Below are positions 41,310 to 51,577 of a DNA stretch of 64,000 bases, piece by piece (the first letter of the stretch is position 1; the number at the start of each line of letters is the position of its first letter). This stretch comes from Methylophilaceae bacterium. Its GTDB lineage: Bacteria; Pseudomonadota; Gammaproteobacteria; Burkholderiales; Methylophilaceae. The notes beneath the pieces were generated by a model, which saw only the letters and a program-made list of their open reading frames with translations, was not told the DNA's origin and made no database searches. The position numbers were made by a program, and so were the translations under genes. Where the stretch lies: the NCBI GenBank assembly GCA_965660175.1, contig CBFHYY010000013.1, positions 1,505 through 65,504 of the forward strand, read 5' to 3'.

Positions 41310-43712
41310 ATGATAAAAAATACAAAATTTGAAACTCTTCCTATGCTACCCCTTCGTGATGTTGTTGTTTACCCACAACTTGTCATACCCCTTTTTGTTG
41401 GAAGAGAAAAATCAATACAGGCTATTGAAAATGCAAATAATGGAGACAAAAGAATTTTTCTTGTTGCTCAAAAAAATGCAAACAAAGACGAGCCAAATAT
41501 AAAAGATCTTTATCGGGTAGGTACAATTGCAACCATTCTTCAAATGCTGAAATTACCTGATGGTACGGTAAAAGTATTGGTTGAGGGTTTGGATAGGGCT
41601 GAGGTACTCAAATTTGATGAAAAAGGTGCCTTTTGGTCGGCCGATATAAATTTAATTCAAATTAAAGAGCGCAAGGACAAGAAAACAATGGCTTTTATGC
41701 GCTCCGTTTTTTCTCAATTTGATCAGTACGTTAAGCTAAATAAGAAGATACCACCGGAAATATTAACATCTTTAACATCCATTACTGATCCGGGAAGGCT
41801 TGCAGATTCAATTGCAGCGAACCTAACATTAAAACTGTCTGAGAAACAAAATATTCTTGAAACCTACGATATAAGATCTCGTTTAGATTTACTTCTTAAC
41901 GTGATGGAATCTGAAATAGACATTCTCCAAGTTGAGAAAAAAATTCGTGGCAGAGTTAAAAATCAGATGGAAAAATCCCAAAGGGAATATTATCTAAATG
42001 AACAGGTAAAAGCTATTCAAAAAGAACTTGGTGAGCAAGATGAAAATGCGGAATTGGAAGAATTAGATAAAAAGATAAGAGAGATCAAAATGAGTAAAGA
42101 GGCAGAGGATAAATGTCTCTCTGAGTTAAAAAAATTAAAATTAATGTCCCCAATGTCTGCTGAAGCATCAGTTGTGAGAACCTATATCGATACAATAATT
42201 GGTTTACCATGGTCGCAAAAAACAGCCATCAATAAAGATCTTAATGATGCTGAATCTAATTTAGATAAGGATCATTATGGCCTAGAAAAAGTCAAGGAAC
42301 GTATTACGGAATACCTCGCAGTACAAAACAGAGTGGGAAAGTCAAAGGCTCCTATCTTATGCCTTGTAGGTCCTCCTGGTGTCGGTAAAACATCTCTTGG
42401 TCAAAGTATTGCTAAAGCAGTGAATAGGAAATATGTACGTATGGCTCTTGGCGGAGTTAGGGATGAGTCAGAAATAAGAGGTCACAGAAGAACATATATT
42501 GGCTCTATGCCAGGGAAAATTCTTCAAAATATGGCTAAAGTCAATTCTAATAACCCATTATTTTTATTGGATGAAGTTGATAAAATGGGCCAGGATTTTA
42601 GGGGTGACCCTTCATCAGCTTTGTTGGAGGTGCTAGATCCTGAGCAAAATCATACATTTACTGATCATTATGCTGAGATTGAGTATGACCTTTCTGACGT
42701 AATGTTTGTCGCAACTGCAAACTCAATGAATATCCCAGAACCTCTACTTGATAGAATGGAGATTATTAGACTCGCAGGGTATACCGAGCAAGAAAAAATT
42801 AGTATTGCTCATAAGTATCTGATACCAAAGCAATATATTAATAATGGATTAAAAAAATCTGAACTTACCATCACAAAAAGAGCAGTGAAGGATATAGTTC
42901 AGTTTTATACAAGAGAAGCAGGAGTGAGAAGACTTGAACAAGAAATTGCAAAAATTTGCAGAAAAGCTGTAAAACTTCTCGCTAGCTCTAAAAAATTATT
43001 GAAAGTTACTGTTAGTAATAAAAATATTTCAGACTTTTTGGGTGTCAAAATATTTGATATTGGATTAGCGAATAAAAAAAATCAGATTGGTCAGGTTACA
43101 GGGCTTGCTTGGACCCAAGTTGGAGGAGAACTTCTTACAATTGAGGCCGTAGAGTTACCTGGTAAAGGGAAGACAATGCTAACAGGTAAATTAGGTGAGG
43201 TAATGCAAGAATCCGTTCACACTGCTTTGAGCGTTGTTAGAAATCGTTCTAACAAGCTTGGAATTGATGATCTTTTTCATGAAAAAAAAGATATTCATAT
43301 TCATTTTCCAGAAGGAGCGACTCCTAAAGATGGCCCAAGCGCTGGCATTGGAATAACTACAGCTATCGTATCCTCACTAACAAATATTCCAGTTAAATCT
43401 GATGTAGCTATGACGGGAGAAATTACACTCAGGGGGGAGGTTCTTCCTATAGGAGGCTTAAAAGAAAAATTATTAGCTGCTCATCGAGGTAATATTAAAA
43501 CTGTAATTATTCCAGAGCAGAATGCAAAAGATTTGGCAGATATTCCAGAGGATGTGAAAGGTAAGTTAGAGATTATTCCAGTTCAGTGGATAGATAAAGT
43601 TTTTGACATAGCATTAACTCGTGTTCCGGAATCTATGAATAATAAGCCTAACCAAAAAAATCGACATGAGACAAAAAAAATATCCTCAATTGATAAGCCA
43701 ATTGCTCACTAA
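41310..43712 (+). CDS. lon: ATP-dependent protease Lon (LonA)
   Basis: 800 aa. Has the LON N-domain, Walker A GPPGVGKTS, and the protease Ser motif PKDGPSAG with downstream Lys. Confidence 0.96.
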   Translation: MIKNTKFETLPMLPLRDVVVYPQLVIPLFVGREKSIQAIENANNGDKRIFLVAQKNANKDEPNIKDLYRVGTIATILQMLKLPDGTVKVLVEGLDRAEVLKFDEKGAFWSADINLIQIKERKDKKTMAFMRSVFSQFDQYVKLNKKIPPEILTSLTSITDPGRLADSIAANLTLKLSEKQNILETYDIRSRLDLLLNVMESEIDILQVEKKIRGRVKNQMEKSQREYYLNEQVKAIQKELGEQDENAELEELDKKIREIKMSKEAEDKCLSELKKLKLMSPMSAEASVVRTYIDTIIGLPWSQKTAINKDLNDAESNLDKDHYGLEKVKERITEYLAVQNRVGKSKAPILCLVGPPGVGKTSLGQSIAKAVNRKYVRMALGGVRDESEIRGHRRTYIGSMPGKILQNMAKVNSNNPLFLLDEVDKMGQDFRGDPSSALLEVLDPEQNHTFTDHYAEIEYDLSDVMFVATANSMNIPEPLLDRMEIIRLAGYTEQEKISIAHKYLIPKQYINNGLKKSELTITKRAVKDIVQFYTREAGVRRLEQEIAKICRKAVKLLASSKKLLKVTVSNKNISDFLGVKIFDIGLANKKNQIGQVTGLAWTQVGGELLTIEAVELPGKGKTMLTGKLGEVMQESVHTALSVVRNRSNKLGIDDLFHEKKDIHIHFPEGATPKDGPSAGIGITTAIVSSLTNIPVKSDVAMTGEITLRGEVLPIGGLKEKLLAAHRGNIKTVIIPEQNAKDLADIPEDVKGKLEIIPVQWIDKVFDIALTRVPESMNNKPNQKNRHETKKISSIDKPIAH

Positions 43713-43796
43713 ACCAAATGAGTAATATACAAGACTTTTTACTAGCTTTGTTTTTCAGTATATTGTAAAATGGCGAGCTCAAATTCTAAAGAATTT

Positions 43797-43872
43797 GGGT
43801 GCTTAGCTCAGTTGGTAGAGCGTCGCCCTTACAAGGCGAATGTCACAGGTTCGACCCCTGTAGCACCCACCA
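43797..43872 (+). tRNA. tRNA-Val (anticodon TAC)
   Basis: Hand-folded. Acceptor GGGTGCT/AGCACCC. D arm TAGCTCAGTTGGTAGAGC. The anticodon stem TCGCC/GGCGA carries the loop CTTACAA. The T arm is ACAGG-TTCGACC-CCTGT. CCA is encoded. Confidence 0.93.
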
Positions 43873-43876
43873 AATT

Positions 43877-43953
43877 GGAGTGGTAGTTCAGTTGGTTAGA
43901 ATACCGGCCTGTCACGCCGGGGGTCGCGGGTTCGAGTCCCGTCCACTCCGCCA
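43877..43953 (+). tRNA. tRNA-Asp (anticodon GTC)
   Basis: Hand-folded. Acceptor GGAGTGG/CCACTCC. The anticodon stem CCGGC/GCCGG carries the loop CTGTCAC. The T arm is GCGGG-TTCGAGT-CCCGT. CCA is encoded. It lies 4 nt after tRNA-Val. Confidence 0.93.
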
Positions 43954-43962
43954 ATATTTATT

Positions 43963-43984
43963 AGGCGAACACGCTTCGCCTTTT
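43963..43984 (+). terminator. rho-independent terminator after the tRNA-Val/tRNA-Asp pair
   Basis: The sequence AGGCGAA-cacgc-TTCGCCT forms a 7-bp stem followed by TTT. Confidence 0.6.
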
Positions 43985-44050
43985 AAATTATTTACTGATA
44001 AAGCTGAATGATTATAATATTTTATACATCGATAACGTTGGGTAAAAAAA

Positions 44051-45925
44051 ATGCTTGAAAAGATAAGAAATAGTACTGACTCAAAATTAGCTAAGGTTAT
44101 TTTAGCTATCATCATTATTCCTTTTGCATTGTTTGGGATCGATTCATATCTTAGTTCCGTGGGCTCAAATGTGTATGTCGCTAAAGTTAATGGCACAGAG
44201 ATATCAGGACAGCAATATCAAAATTCCGAAGCATTAATTAAGGATCAGATGGGGTCAGAAAATAATGATCCTGCCTTATTTCAATCCCCAGAGTTTAAAA
44301 AAGCTGTTATAGATAATTTAATCTCAACCGAGTTAGTTAATCAATCAATAAGTGAAAATGGTTTTGTGATAAGCAATGATCAATTAAGTAGCTATATAGT
44401 AGGAATGCCAGATTTTCAAAAAGATGGAAAATTTTCCCAAGAAAGATATGACGAAATTGTCCAATATAACAACCTTACGCCTAAGAGGCTTGAGGATAGA
44501 ATAAGAGTTCAAATGGCAACCCAGCAAGTAAAAGATAGTTTAAACCGTATGATTCATGTACCCAAGGAAATCATTCAACCCTTAGTAAATCTTGCATATC
44601 AAAAAAGAGACATAAGTCTGCATGAAATTAAATTGGATGATTACAAGAAAAAGATAACCCCGACCGATGAGGAAATATCTAAATTCTATGAAGAGAACAC
44701 AAATGCATTTGTTAGGCCAGATAGAATTAAGATTGAATTTTTAATATATTCCGTTGCAGGAATTGTCCCATCAATTTCTGTGACAGATGATGAGGTAAAA
44801 CAATTTTTTAATGAAAATAAAGATAATTTCCAGGCTGGCCAACAAAGAAAAGCCAAGCATATTTTATTTGCGTATCAACCTGGAATAGATTTTGAAGAAA
44901 AGGCTAAAATCAAAGACCTAGCCCAGACAACTCTAAATGAGATAAAAAAAACACCAAGTATATTTAACAAAAAGGCTGAAGAATTATCTCAAGATATCGA
45001 GTCTGCTAAAAATGGAGGGGACCTAGGTTTCTTTTCACGAGGCGACATGGTCAAGCCATTTGAGGAAGCTGTATTTTCTCTAGAAGAAAATGAATTATCT
45101 GAGCTTGTTGAAACAGAATTTGGACTACATATTATTATGCTGACAGAAATTAAAGGAGAAAATTTAAGCTTTGATAAGTTAAAAACGCAAATAAAAGGTG
45201 AGTTAATTTATGGTAAAGCGCTCGAAGAATACTCTACAAAAGCTGAAGATTTTAATAATATTGTTTATGAAAATTCAGAAAATCTTGAAGAAGCTGCAAA
45301 CACCTTCGGCTTAGAAATTCAACAAAGTCAATGGTTAACCCTCGATGATGCAAGAAAATTCTTCAATAATGAAGCCTTTGCTAATGAAATTTTTTCAACA
45401 CAATCAATCGAATCAAAGACCAACACACTCGCTATTGAGGTCTCACCGAATAATTTAGTCTCCGCTAGAGTCATTGATTTTAGCCCATCTGCTATTGAAC
45501 CCTTAGATGTTGTGAGGGAAAAGGTTAATGATTATATTATCAGTTCTAGAAGTCAGGAGCTTATTATTGAAGACGGTAATAACCTTGTTGAAGAACTAAA
45601 AACGAATAAAAAAAATGTTGAATGGTTCGACGAGCTGGTTATAGATAGAATTGATAAACAGGGCCTGTCAGATCCACTTGTAAAGAAAATTTTTCAGGTT
45701 GATACTAAAGAATTACCAGCGTATGAGGGCTTTTATGATTTAAGTGGTGAATACGTAGTTATAAAGGTGAATAAAGTAATTACAGATAATGTTGATGATG
45801 AATTATCAGTCGATTTGTATAGAGATGAATATGAAACTGCTATTAAGACAGCGATACAAGCTGCATACGTAGATGATTTAAGAGCTGATGCTGACATTCA
45901 GGTAAACCAACGAGTTTTTCAATAA
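44051..45925 (+). CDS. ppiD: periplasmic chaperone / peptidyl-prolyl isomerase PpiD
   Basis: 624 aa. Has an N-terminal TM anchor (VILAIIIIPFALFGI), SurA-like regions, and a parvulin domain (GGDLGFFSRGDMVKPFEEAVF, FGLHII). Sits downstream of lon, as in other proteobacteria. Confidence 0.88.
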   Translation: MLEKIRNSTDSKLAKVILAIIIIPFALFGIDSYLSSVGSNVYVAKVNGTEISGQQYQNSEALIKDQMGSENNDPALFQSPEFKKAVIDNLISTELVNQSISENGFVISNDQLSSYIVGMPDFQKDGKFSQERYDEIVQYNNLTPKRLEDRIRVQMATQQVKDSLNRMIHVPKEIIQPLVNLAYQKRDISLHEIKLDDYKKKITPTDEEISKFYEENTNAFVRPDRIKIEFLIYSVAGIVPSISVTDDEVKQFFNENKDNFQAGQQRKAKHILFAYQPGIDFEEKAKIKDLAQTTLNEIKKTPSIFNKKAEELSQDIESAKNGGDLGFFSRGDMVKPFEEAVFSLEENELSELVETEFGLHIIMLTEIKGENLSFDKLKTQIKGELIYGKALEEYSTKAEDFNNIVYENSENLEEAANTFGLEIQQSQWLTLDDARKFFNNEAFANEIFSTQSIESKTNTLAIEVSPNNLVSARVIDFSPSAIEPLDVVREKVNDYIISSRSQELIIEDGNNLVEELKTNKKNVEWFDELVIDRIDKQGLSDPLVKKIFQVDTKELPAYEGFYDLSGEYVVIKVNKVITDNVDDELSVDLYRDEYETAIKTAIQAAYVDDLRADADIQVNQRVFQ

Positions 45926-46708
45926 TTAATCAATAGTACCTGCAGCAGTTATATTCATTCCACCATCCACGTAAGTAATTTCACCAGTAATACCGCTTGC
46001 TAAGTCACTACACAAGAACGCCGCTGTATTTCCAACTTCTTCAATGGTTACATTTCTTTTAAGCGCTGCATGTTTCTCATTATAACCAATCATTTTATCG
46101 AAATTTGCTATTCCTGATGCCGCTAGGGTCTTTATTGGTCCCGCTGAAACAGCATTAACTCTAATGCCTTTACTACCAAGACTATGTGACATATATCTTA
46201 CGTTTGCCTCAAGACTAGCTTTTGCTAAACCCATAACATTATAATTTGGCATAGTTCTCTCCGCACCAAGGTAGCTGACTGTAAGCATAGCCGAATTTTC
46301 GTTAAAATAAGGAGTAGCAGCTTTTGCTAGTGCTGTAAAACTATACGAGCTAATATCGTGTGCTATTTTAAAATTTTCTCTCGTTGTTGCCTTAACAAAA
46401 TCCCCATCTAAAGCCTCTTTGGGAACAAATGCTATTGAATGCACGATAGCATCAAATTTATCCCAATGATCTGACAGTTTTGGGAATAAATTTTCAATTT
46501 GGTCATCGCATGAAACATCACATGGTAATACAATTTTAGAGTCAAAGTTTGATGCTAATTTTTCCACTCTTCCTTGATGTTTTTCCATCTGAAAAGTAAA
46601 AGCAAGGTCTGCCCCTTGTTTTTTCATAGCTGTCGCGATGCCATAGGCGATTGATCTGTCGCTTAACAACCCTAAAATTAAAACTTTTTTACCTTGTAAA
46701 AATCCCAT
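45926..46708 (-). CDS. fabI: enoyl-[acyl-carrier-protein] reductase (NADH), FabI
   Basis: 260 aa SDR. Has the N-terminus [20 protein letters not shown] and the Tyr/Lys catalytic region [13 protein letters not shown]. Confidence 0.93.
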   Translation of the reverse strand: MGFLQGKKVLILGLLSDRSIAYGIATAMKKQGADLAFTFQMEKHQGRVEKLASNFDSKIVLPCDVSCDDQIENLFPKLSDHWDKFDAIVHSIAFVPKEALDGDFVKATTRENFKIAHDISSYSFTALAKAATPYFNENSAMLTVSYLGAERTMPNYNVMGLAKASLEANVRYMSHSLGSKGIRVNAVSAGPIKTLAASGIANFDKMIGYNEKHAALKRNVTIEEVGNTAAFLCSDLASGITGEITYVDGGMNITAAGTID

Positions 46709-46727
46709 TAGATACCTTTATATTTGA

Positions 46728-47546
46728 TTAATTATTATTCTTTGGGTCCATAACATCTCTTAATCCCTCGCCAAGCAAATTATAACCTAATACAGTTAGT
46801 AGGATTGCAAGACCTGGATAAAGGGAAAGCCACCAAGCAAATTGTATGTATTCCTTGCCGTCGGTAAGAATATTCCCCCACGAAGCCGTTGGTGCTTGCA
46901 CACCGAGTCCAAGAAAACTTAACCCTGATTCAACAAGAACTGCACTTGCAATACCAAGAACGGAACTTACTATGATAGGAGTTAAACTATTCGGTAACAA
47001 ATGTTTCGCGATGATTGTAATATCATTGGATCCCATAGTTTGAGCTGCCAATACATACTCTCTCTGCCTTAAACTAAAAAATTCTGCTCTTACTAAACGG
47101 GTTACCCCCATCCACGATGTAAGCCCGATCACAATCATAATATTCCAAATTGACGGCGTCAAAAAAGCGATAACCGCAAGTATTAGAAAGAAGGAGGGGA
47201 TAGACAGCATAATATCAACAAGGCGCATTATTACTGAATCTACCCATCCTCTGTAGAATCCTGCAATTGAACCGAGAACTATACCAATAGCTGTTGCTAT
47301 TCCAACAGCAACAAAACCAACTAACAATGAAATTCTCGCTCCATAAAGCATACGCGAGAAAACATCACGTCCCAATCCATCAGTACCCATAAAATGTAAT
47401 GATGATGGCGCTACTAATATTGACTCTATGTCTATAAAGTTTGGATCATACGGAGCTAGAATTGGAGCTAATAAAGCCATAAAGAGTATTATCGTGATGA
47501 TTATTGATCCGGATAATGCTAAAGGATTTCGTAATATATTCTTCAT
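46728..47546 (-). CDS. ABC transporter permease, DppC/OppC-like
   Basis: A six-TM permease with the EAA-like loop. I place the start at ATG 47546 (MKNILRNPLAL), which overlaps the upstream stop as ATGA. The track ORF extends to 47582. Confidence 0.85.
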   Translation of the reverse strand: MKNILRNPLALSGSIIITIILFMALLAPILAPYDPNFIDIESILVAPSSLHFMGTDGLGRDVFSRMLYGARISLLVGFVAVGIATAIGIVLGSIAGFYRGWVDSVIMRLVDIMLSIPSFFLILAVIAFLTPSIWNIMIVIGLTSWMGVTRLVRAEFFSLRQREYVLAAQTMGSNDITIIAKHLLPNSLTPIIVSSVLGIASAVLVESGLSFLGLGVQAPTASWGNILTDGKEYIQFAWWLSLYPGLAILLTVLGYNLLGEGLRDVMDPKNNN

Positions 47547-48562
47547 CGAACAATCCCTTTTCTTACTCTTGGATCGGCCCAAGCGTAACCTAGGTCGGCT
47601 AATAGGTTGCCGAACAATGTCAGCACTGAACCAATGGTCAATATACCCATAATGACTGGAAAATCGCGCATTAATACGGAATCATAGAATAATTTACCCA
47701 TCCCAGGAATGGCAAAGATAGACTCAGCGATTACAGAGCCGCCAATTAGCCCCGGAATAGATAGCCCTATGATTGTTATTAGCGGGAGAATTGCATTTTT
47801 TAAAGCATGAATAAATATAACTCTTTTTTCAACTAGGCCCTTCGATCTGGCCGTTGTTATAAAGTCTTGATGCAGGACTTCAAGCATGCCATTTCTCACA
47901 TAAAGAGAGATACCTGCCAAACCACTGAGCGACGAAACAAATACAGGAAGAATAAGATGCTTTAATAAGTCAATAAATTGTGAGAATGCATCTAACTCAA
48001 GGTATCCAGGACTATGCAAACCAGATATAGGTAGCCATTGATTAGCGACCCCAGTCCAATACATCAGTAAAAGTGCAAGCCAGAAGCCTGGAATAGCAAA
48101 TCCAATGAACACAAACAATGTGATCGATCTATCAACCCATGAATTTTGTCTAATAGCCGAAAGCGTCCCAAGTACTATTGAAATTGAAAAAATAATAAAA
48201 ATGCCAAGAAGATTTATCAGCAATGTAATTGGTAAAGATTCTTGAATAAGACCTTTGGATACATTGCCATTCTTATCCTTCTCTTCCCATAAAACAGGCC
48301 TTTGATGAGATGAAAATGAGTTCCCAAAATCTAACTTAATTATTCTTTTCAACCAGAGACCATATTGAACAATCACGGGCTTATCGAGGTTGTATAGCTC
48401 TCTTAGTTTTTGTCGCGACTCCTCCGATGCTTTTGGATTGAAGGAAGCTTCGTTTGAGGTCACATCGCCCGGGGCTAAATGCATTATAAAAAATGAAATT
48501 AAACTAATTCCAATGAGCATTGGAATCATCCATAAAATTCTTTTTATAAGATATTTAAACAT
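47543..48562 (-). CDS. ABC transporter permease, DppB/OppB-like
   Basis: 339 aa. Has the typical N-terminus MFKYLIKRILWMIPMLIGISLISF and a C-terminal ADLGYAWADPRVR motif. Confidence 0.88.
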   Translation of the reverse strand: MFKYLIKRILWMIPMLIGISLISFFIMHLAPGDVTSNEASFNPKASEESRQKLRELYNLDKPVIVQYGLWLKRIIKLDFGNSFSSHQRPVLWEEKDKNGNVSKGLIQESLPITLLINLLGIFIIFSISIVLGTLSAIRQNSWVDRSITLFVFIGFAIPGFWLALLLMYWTGVANQWLPISGLHSPGYLELDAFSQFIDLLKHLILPVFVSSLSGLAGISLYVRNGMLEVLHQDFITTARSKGLVEKRVIFIHALKNAILPLITIIGLSIPGLIGGSVIAESIFAIPGMGKLFYDSVLMRDFPVIMGILTIGSVLTLFGNLLADLGYAWADPRVRKGIVR

Positions 48563-48564
48563 AG

Positions 48565-50211
48565 CTAATTAGAAATCTCATTTCTTCTTAGCTCACTTGG
48601 AACAAACCAATCATGACTATTGTGATAAATACCAGCTGGCGGTGATGGTTTTTTTATGCCCTGAACTCTTTTGTTTACAGCAGATAAACCATACCCGGCA
48701 TATAAATAGACAATGGGACTATCATTTAATAAATAATCAGAAAATTTATGATAAATCAATTCTCTTTTGTCTGGATTTAATTCTTTTCTGCCATTCTCGA
48801 GCAGCCTATCTACCTCATCATTTTCATAGCCAATAAAATTAAATTGCCCAGGACCTTGTTGGCTTGAATGCCAGATGTTAAATTGGTCTGGGTCAAGCGA
48901 TAAGCTCCAACCTAAAACAACAGCATTAAAGTCACCTGTCTTAATAAATCTGTTGATAAAGCTTGCCCATTCGAGTACGCGAATACTTACATCAATTCCA
49001 ATTTCTTTAAGTCTTCTTTGGACCAATACTGCTGTCATTTCTCTTTGTTTATTTTGATTGGTAAGAATTTCAAATGCTAAAGCCTTCCCATTTTTTTCTA
49101 AAAAACCATCTTTATTTTTAGTATACCCAGCTTTATTGAGTAAATCGATAGCCTTACCTGGATCGTAAGCGTAGGGTTTTAAGTTAGGATTATTCCAACG
49201 AGTTCCAGGCTTGTAAGGGCTTGAGATTGGTTCGCCTAGCCCTAAAAGAACCCCTTTAATCACCTCGTCTTTATCGATTGCAAAATTAATTGCTCGCCTA
49301 ACGTTTACATCATTAAATGGAGCTTTTTTAAGATTGAAGCCTAAATAGGTATAGCCATTACCCAGTTCTTTATAAAGATTAATCTTATCAAGCATATCTT
49401 TTCTGGCAGGAAAAACTCTTTGATATTGAATAGGGTTGATTGACATGTAATCCAGGTTGTCTGCAGTAAGCTCCAAAAATTGTGAAGAAGTGTCTGGAAT
49501 AATTCGAGATATTAATGTTTTTATGTATGGCAATCCCTGAGAGCTTTTATCGTTAGCAACAAGTGATACTTGTTGACCACTGATCCATTTATCTAGCTGA
49601 TAGTAACTTGATCCTGTGGGGTTACGGGAAAAGAATGTATTGTTAATATCCTCATTTTTTAGTATATGTTTGGGGAGAATATGGAGAGATGCCCAAGTGT
49701 CAATTGCAGGGGCGTATGTTTCACCGTAGGTTACTTTAAATGTACGTTTGTCAGGGGCCGTCGCTTTTTTTACCAATAAATAATCAGATGCATAGGGAGT
49801 TCTCGTTTTCGGATCAGTTACAAGTTGCCAGGTAAATAGCACATCATCACTTGTTAACGGCTTCCCATCCGCCCAAAAAATATTGTCTTTCAAGGTGAAT
49901 GTAATGGTTTTTTGATCATTGGATACGACCCAGCTCTCAGCTAATTCCGGGGCATGATTTAATTTTTCATCGTATTTAATTAGTGCATTAAATAGCTTGC
50001 CAGCAATTGCTGATGAAGCAGAATCACCGGCAATCATCGCAATTAAGTTGCTTGGCTCACCAACCATTGCATTAGTTAATGATCCACCACTTTCAATAGC
50101 ATAATTTTCTTTATAATCAATATTTTGTGTATTATCTTTTGAGCAACTTATTAAAAAAATTATTGCAAAAATTAGAAGTGAATTTTTCATGATATTTTTA
50201 AATCTATACAT
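48565..50211 (-). CDS. ABC transporter substrate-binding protein, family 5 (peptide/nickel type), probable lipoprotein
   Basis: 548 aa. Has a signal peptide with lipobox LISC and the size and motifs of SBP family 5. It is the first gene of the SBP-permease-permease operon. ATG 50190 (MKNSLL) is an alternative start. Confidence 0.85.
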   Translation of the reverse strand: MYRFKNIMKNSLLIFAIIFLISCSKDNTQNIDYKENYAIESGGSLTNAMVGEPSNLIAMIAGDSASSAIAGKLFNALIKYDEKLNHAPELAESWVVSNDQKTITFTLKDNIFWADGKPLTSDDVLFTWQLVTDPKTRTPYASDYLLVKKATAPDKRTFKVTYGETYAPAIDTWASLHILPKHILKNEDINNTFFSRNPTGSSYYQLDKWISGQQVSLVANDKSSQGLPYIKTLISRIIPDTSSQFLELTADNLDYMSINPIQYQRVFPARKDMLDKINLYKELGNGYTYLGFNLKKAPFNDVNVRRAINFAIDKDEVIKGVLLGLGEPISSPYKPGTRWNNPNLKPYAYDPGKAIDLLNKAGYTKNKDGFLEKNGKALAFEILTNQNKQREMTAVLVQRRLKEIGIDVSIRVLEWASFINRFIKTGDFNAVVLGWSLSLDPDQFNIWHSSQQGPGQFNFIGYENDEVDRLLENGRKELNPDKRELIYHKFSDYLLNDSPIVYLYAGYGLSAVNKRVQGIKKPSPPAGIYHNSHDWFVPSELRRNEISN

Positions 50212-50215
50212 AATT

Positions 50216-51577
50216 TTATTGTGGGATATCTAGGATATCACCTATTATTATTTTTGATGAGCTGAGCTCATTAAAGTCTTTAATGTCTTTAACACTCACA
50301 TCATAAATAAGAGAAATATGTCCAAGCGTTTCACCTGGGCTTACTCTATGAGTTACTATGGTGTTGTAATCTATTATACCTCCACCACTGCTAGGAAAAC
50401 TTGTTCCAATGGCATTGGTGTTTGGGATCAATAAAATACTTCTTTTTCGAAACGTTCTTTTGCTTCTGACCTGGTTAACCTTAGCAAGAATTTTCCAATC
50501 TATTTTAAATTTTCTTGCTACACTTTTAAGGGTCTCTCCTTTTTTTGGTTTGTATACTTTCCAACTACTAATTGGCTCTTTATAAGCATAGAAGTTTTTG
50601 TTAAACCGTTCAATGGAATCAACTGGCAGGAGAATTGAATTTTCTCCATGAACTGATTTCATTATAGGTCTTTTATGTTCCGGGTTAAGTAACTGAAATT
50701 CTTCGAGTGAAATCTCAGCAAGTCTTGCCGCTAACTCGGCATCAATTTTATCTGGAACACTTACGCTTTCAAAATATGGGCTAAAGGGTATATCAATAAT
50801 TTCAACTCCATATTTACTGGGATTTTGCATAATATTTCTAATAGCTAGTAATTTTGGTACATAGTTCCTTGTTTCCATCGGAAGATTTAGACTGTAATAA
50901 TCGATGCCCCGTTTATTTCTTTTATTTTTTCTTTGAGTTCTGGCAACACGCCCTTCACCACAGTTATAAGCAGCAAGTGCTAATTCCCACGTACCAAATT
51001 CACCATAAAGTCGCTCAAGGTAATCCAGAGCTGAGTCTGTTGATTGCTCAATATTTCTTCTTTCATCTCTCCACCAATCTTGTTTTAAGCCATATAGACG
51101 TCCTGTAGATGGTATAAATTGCCACATTCCAACTGCCTTTGCCTTTGATTTAGCTAGAGGGTTATAAGCACTTTCAATCATCGGCAGAAGAGCAATTTCC
51201 ATAGGCATATTCCTTTTTTTAACCTCTTGATACACATAGTATAAATATTTGTCGGCTCTGATCATCATACGGTTAATATAATCAGGACGTTTTTTATACC
51301 AATTTTCGTATTTCTTAAGTCTCTTTAACCCTTTTTTGCTTGGTTTTGTATTCATTTGATAACCAGCATTCAATTTCGGCCAGAGACTTTGGGTCGGCGC
51401 CTCTTTTATTACTTCAATAGGAATGGAGAATGATTTATCGTCAACTTCTGTGGTTTCATTATCTAAGATAATTATTGGATCGCCTATAACATTCGTTATG
51501 GACCATGCTTTGATAGAGAAAAAAACACCTATGAAAGAAAAGATAACAACCAAATATACATTTTTTTTAATACGCAT
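50216..51577 (-). CDS. mltD: membrane-bound lytic murein transglycosylase D-like (SLT domain plus two LysM domains)
   Basis: 453 aa. Has the SLT catalytic region MIESAYNPLAKSKAKAVGMWQFIPSTG and two C-terminal LysM repeats (KKGETLKSVARKF..., SPGETLGHISLIY...). Confidence 0.88.
   Translation of the reverse strand: MRIKKNVYLVVIFSFIGVFFSIKAWSITNVIGDPIIILDNETTEVDDKSFSIPIEVIKEAPTQSLWPKLNAGYQMNTKPSKKGLKRLKKYENWYKKRPDYINRMMIRADKYLYYVYQEVKKRNMPMEIALLPMIESAYNPLAKSKAKAVGMWQFIPSTGRLYGLKQDWWRDERRNIEQSTDSALDYLERLYGEFGTWELALAAYNCGEGRVARTQRKNKRNKRGIDYYSLNLPMETRNYVPKLLAIRNIMQNPSKYGVEIIDIPFSPYFESVSVPDKIDAELAARLAEISLEEFQLLNPEHKRPIMKSVHGENSILLPVDSIERFNKNFYAYKEPISSWKVYKPKKGETLKSVARKFKIDWKILAKVNQVRSKRTFRKRSILLIPNTNAIGTSFPSSGGGIIDYNTIVTHRVSPGETLGHISLIYDVSVKDIKDFNELSSSKIIIGDILDIPQ

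Noticed and set aside
43799-44196. ORFs 43799-44011(+) at 70 aa and 43912-44196(-) at 94 aa, in the lon-ppiD interval.
   Set aside because: Both are translations across tRNA-Val/tRNA-Asp (GFESRP and GRDSNPRP are classic tRNA-derived pseudo-peptides). They are not hupB or any real gene.
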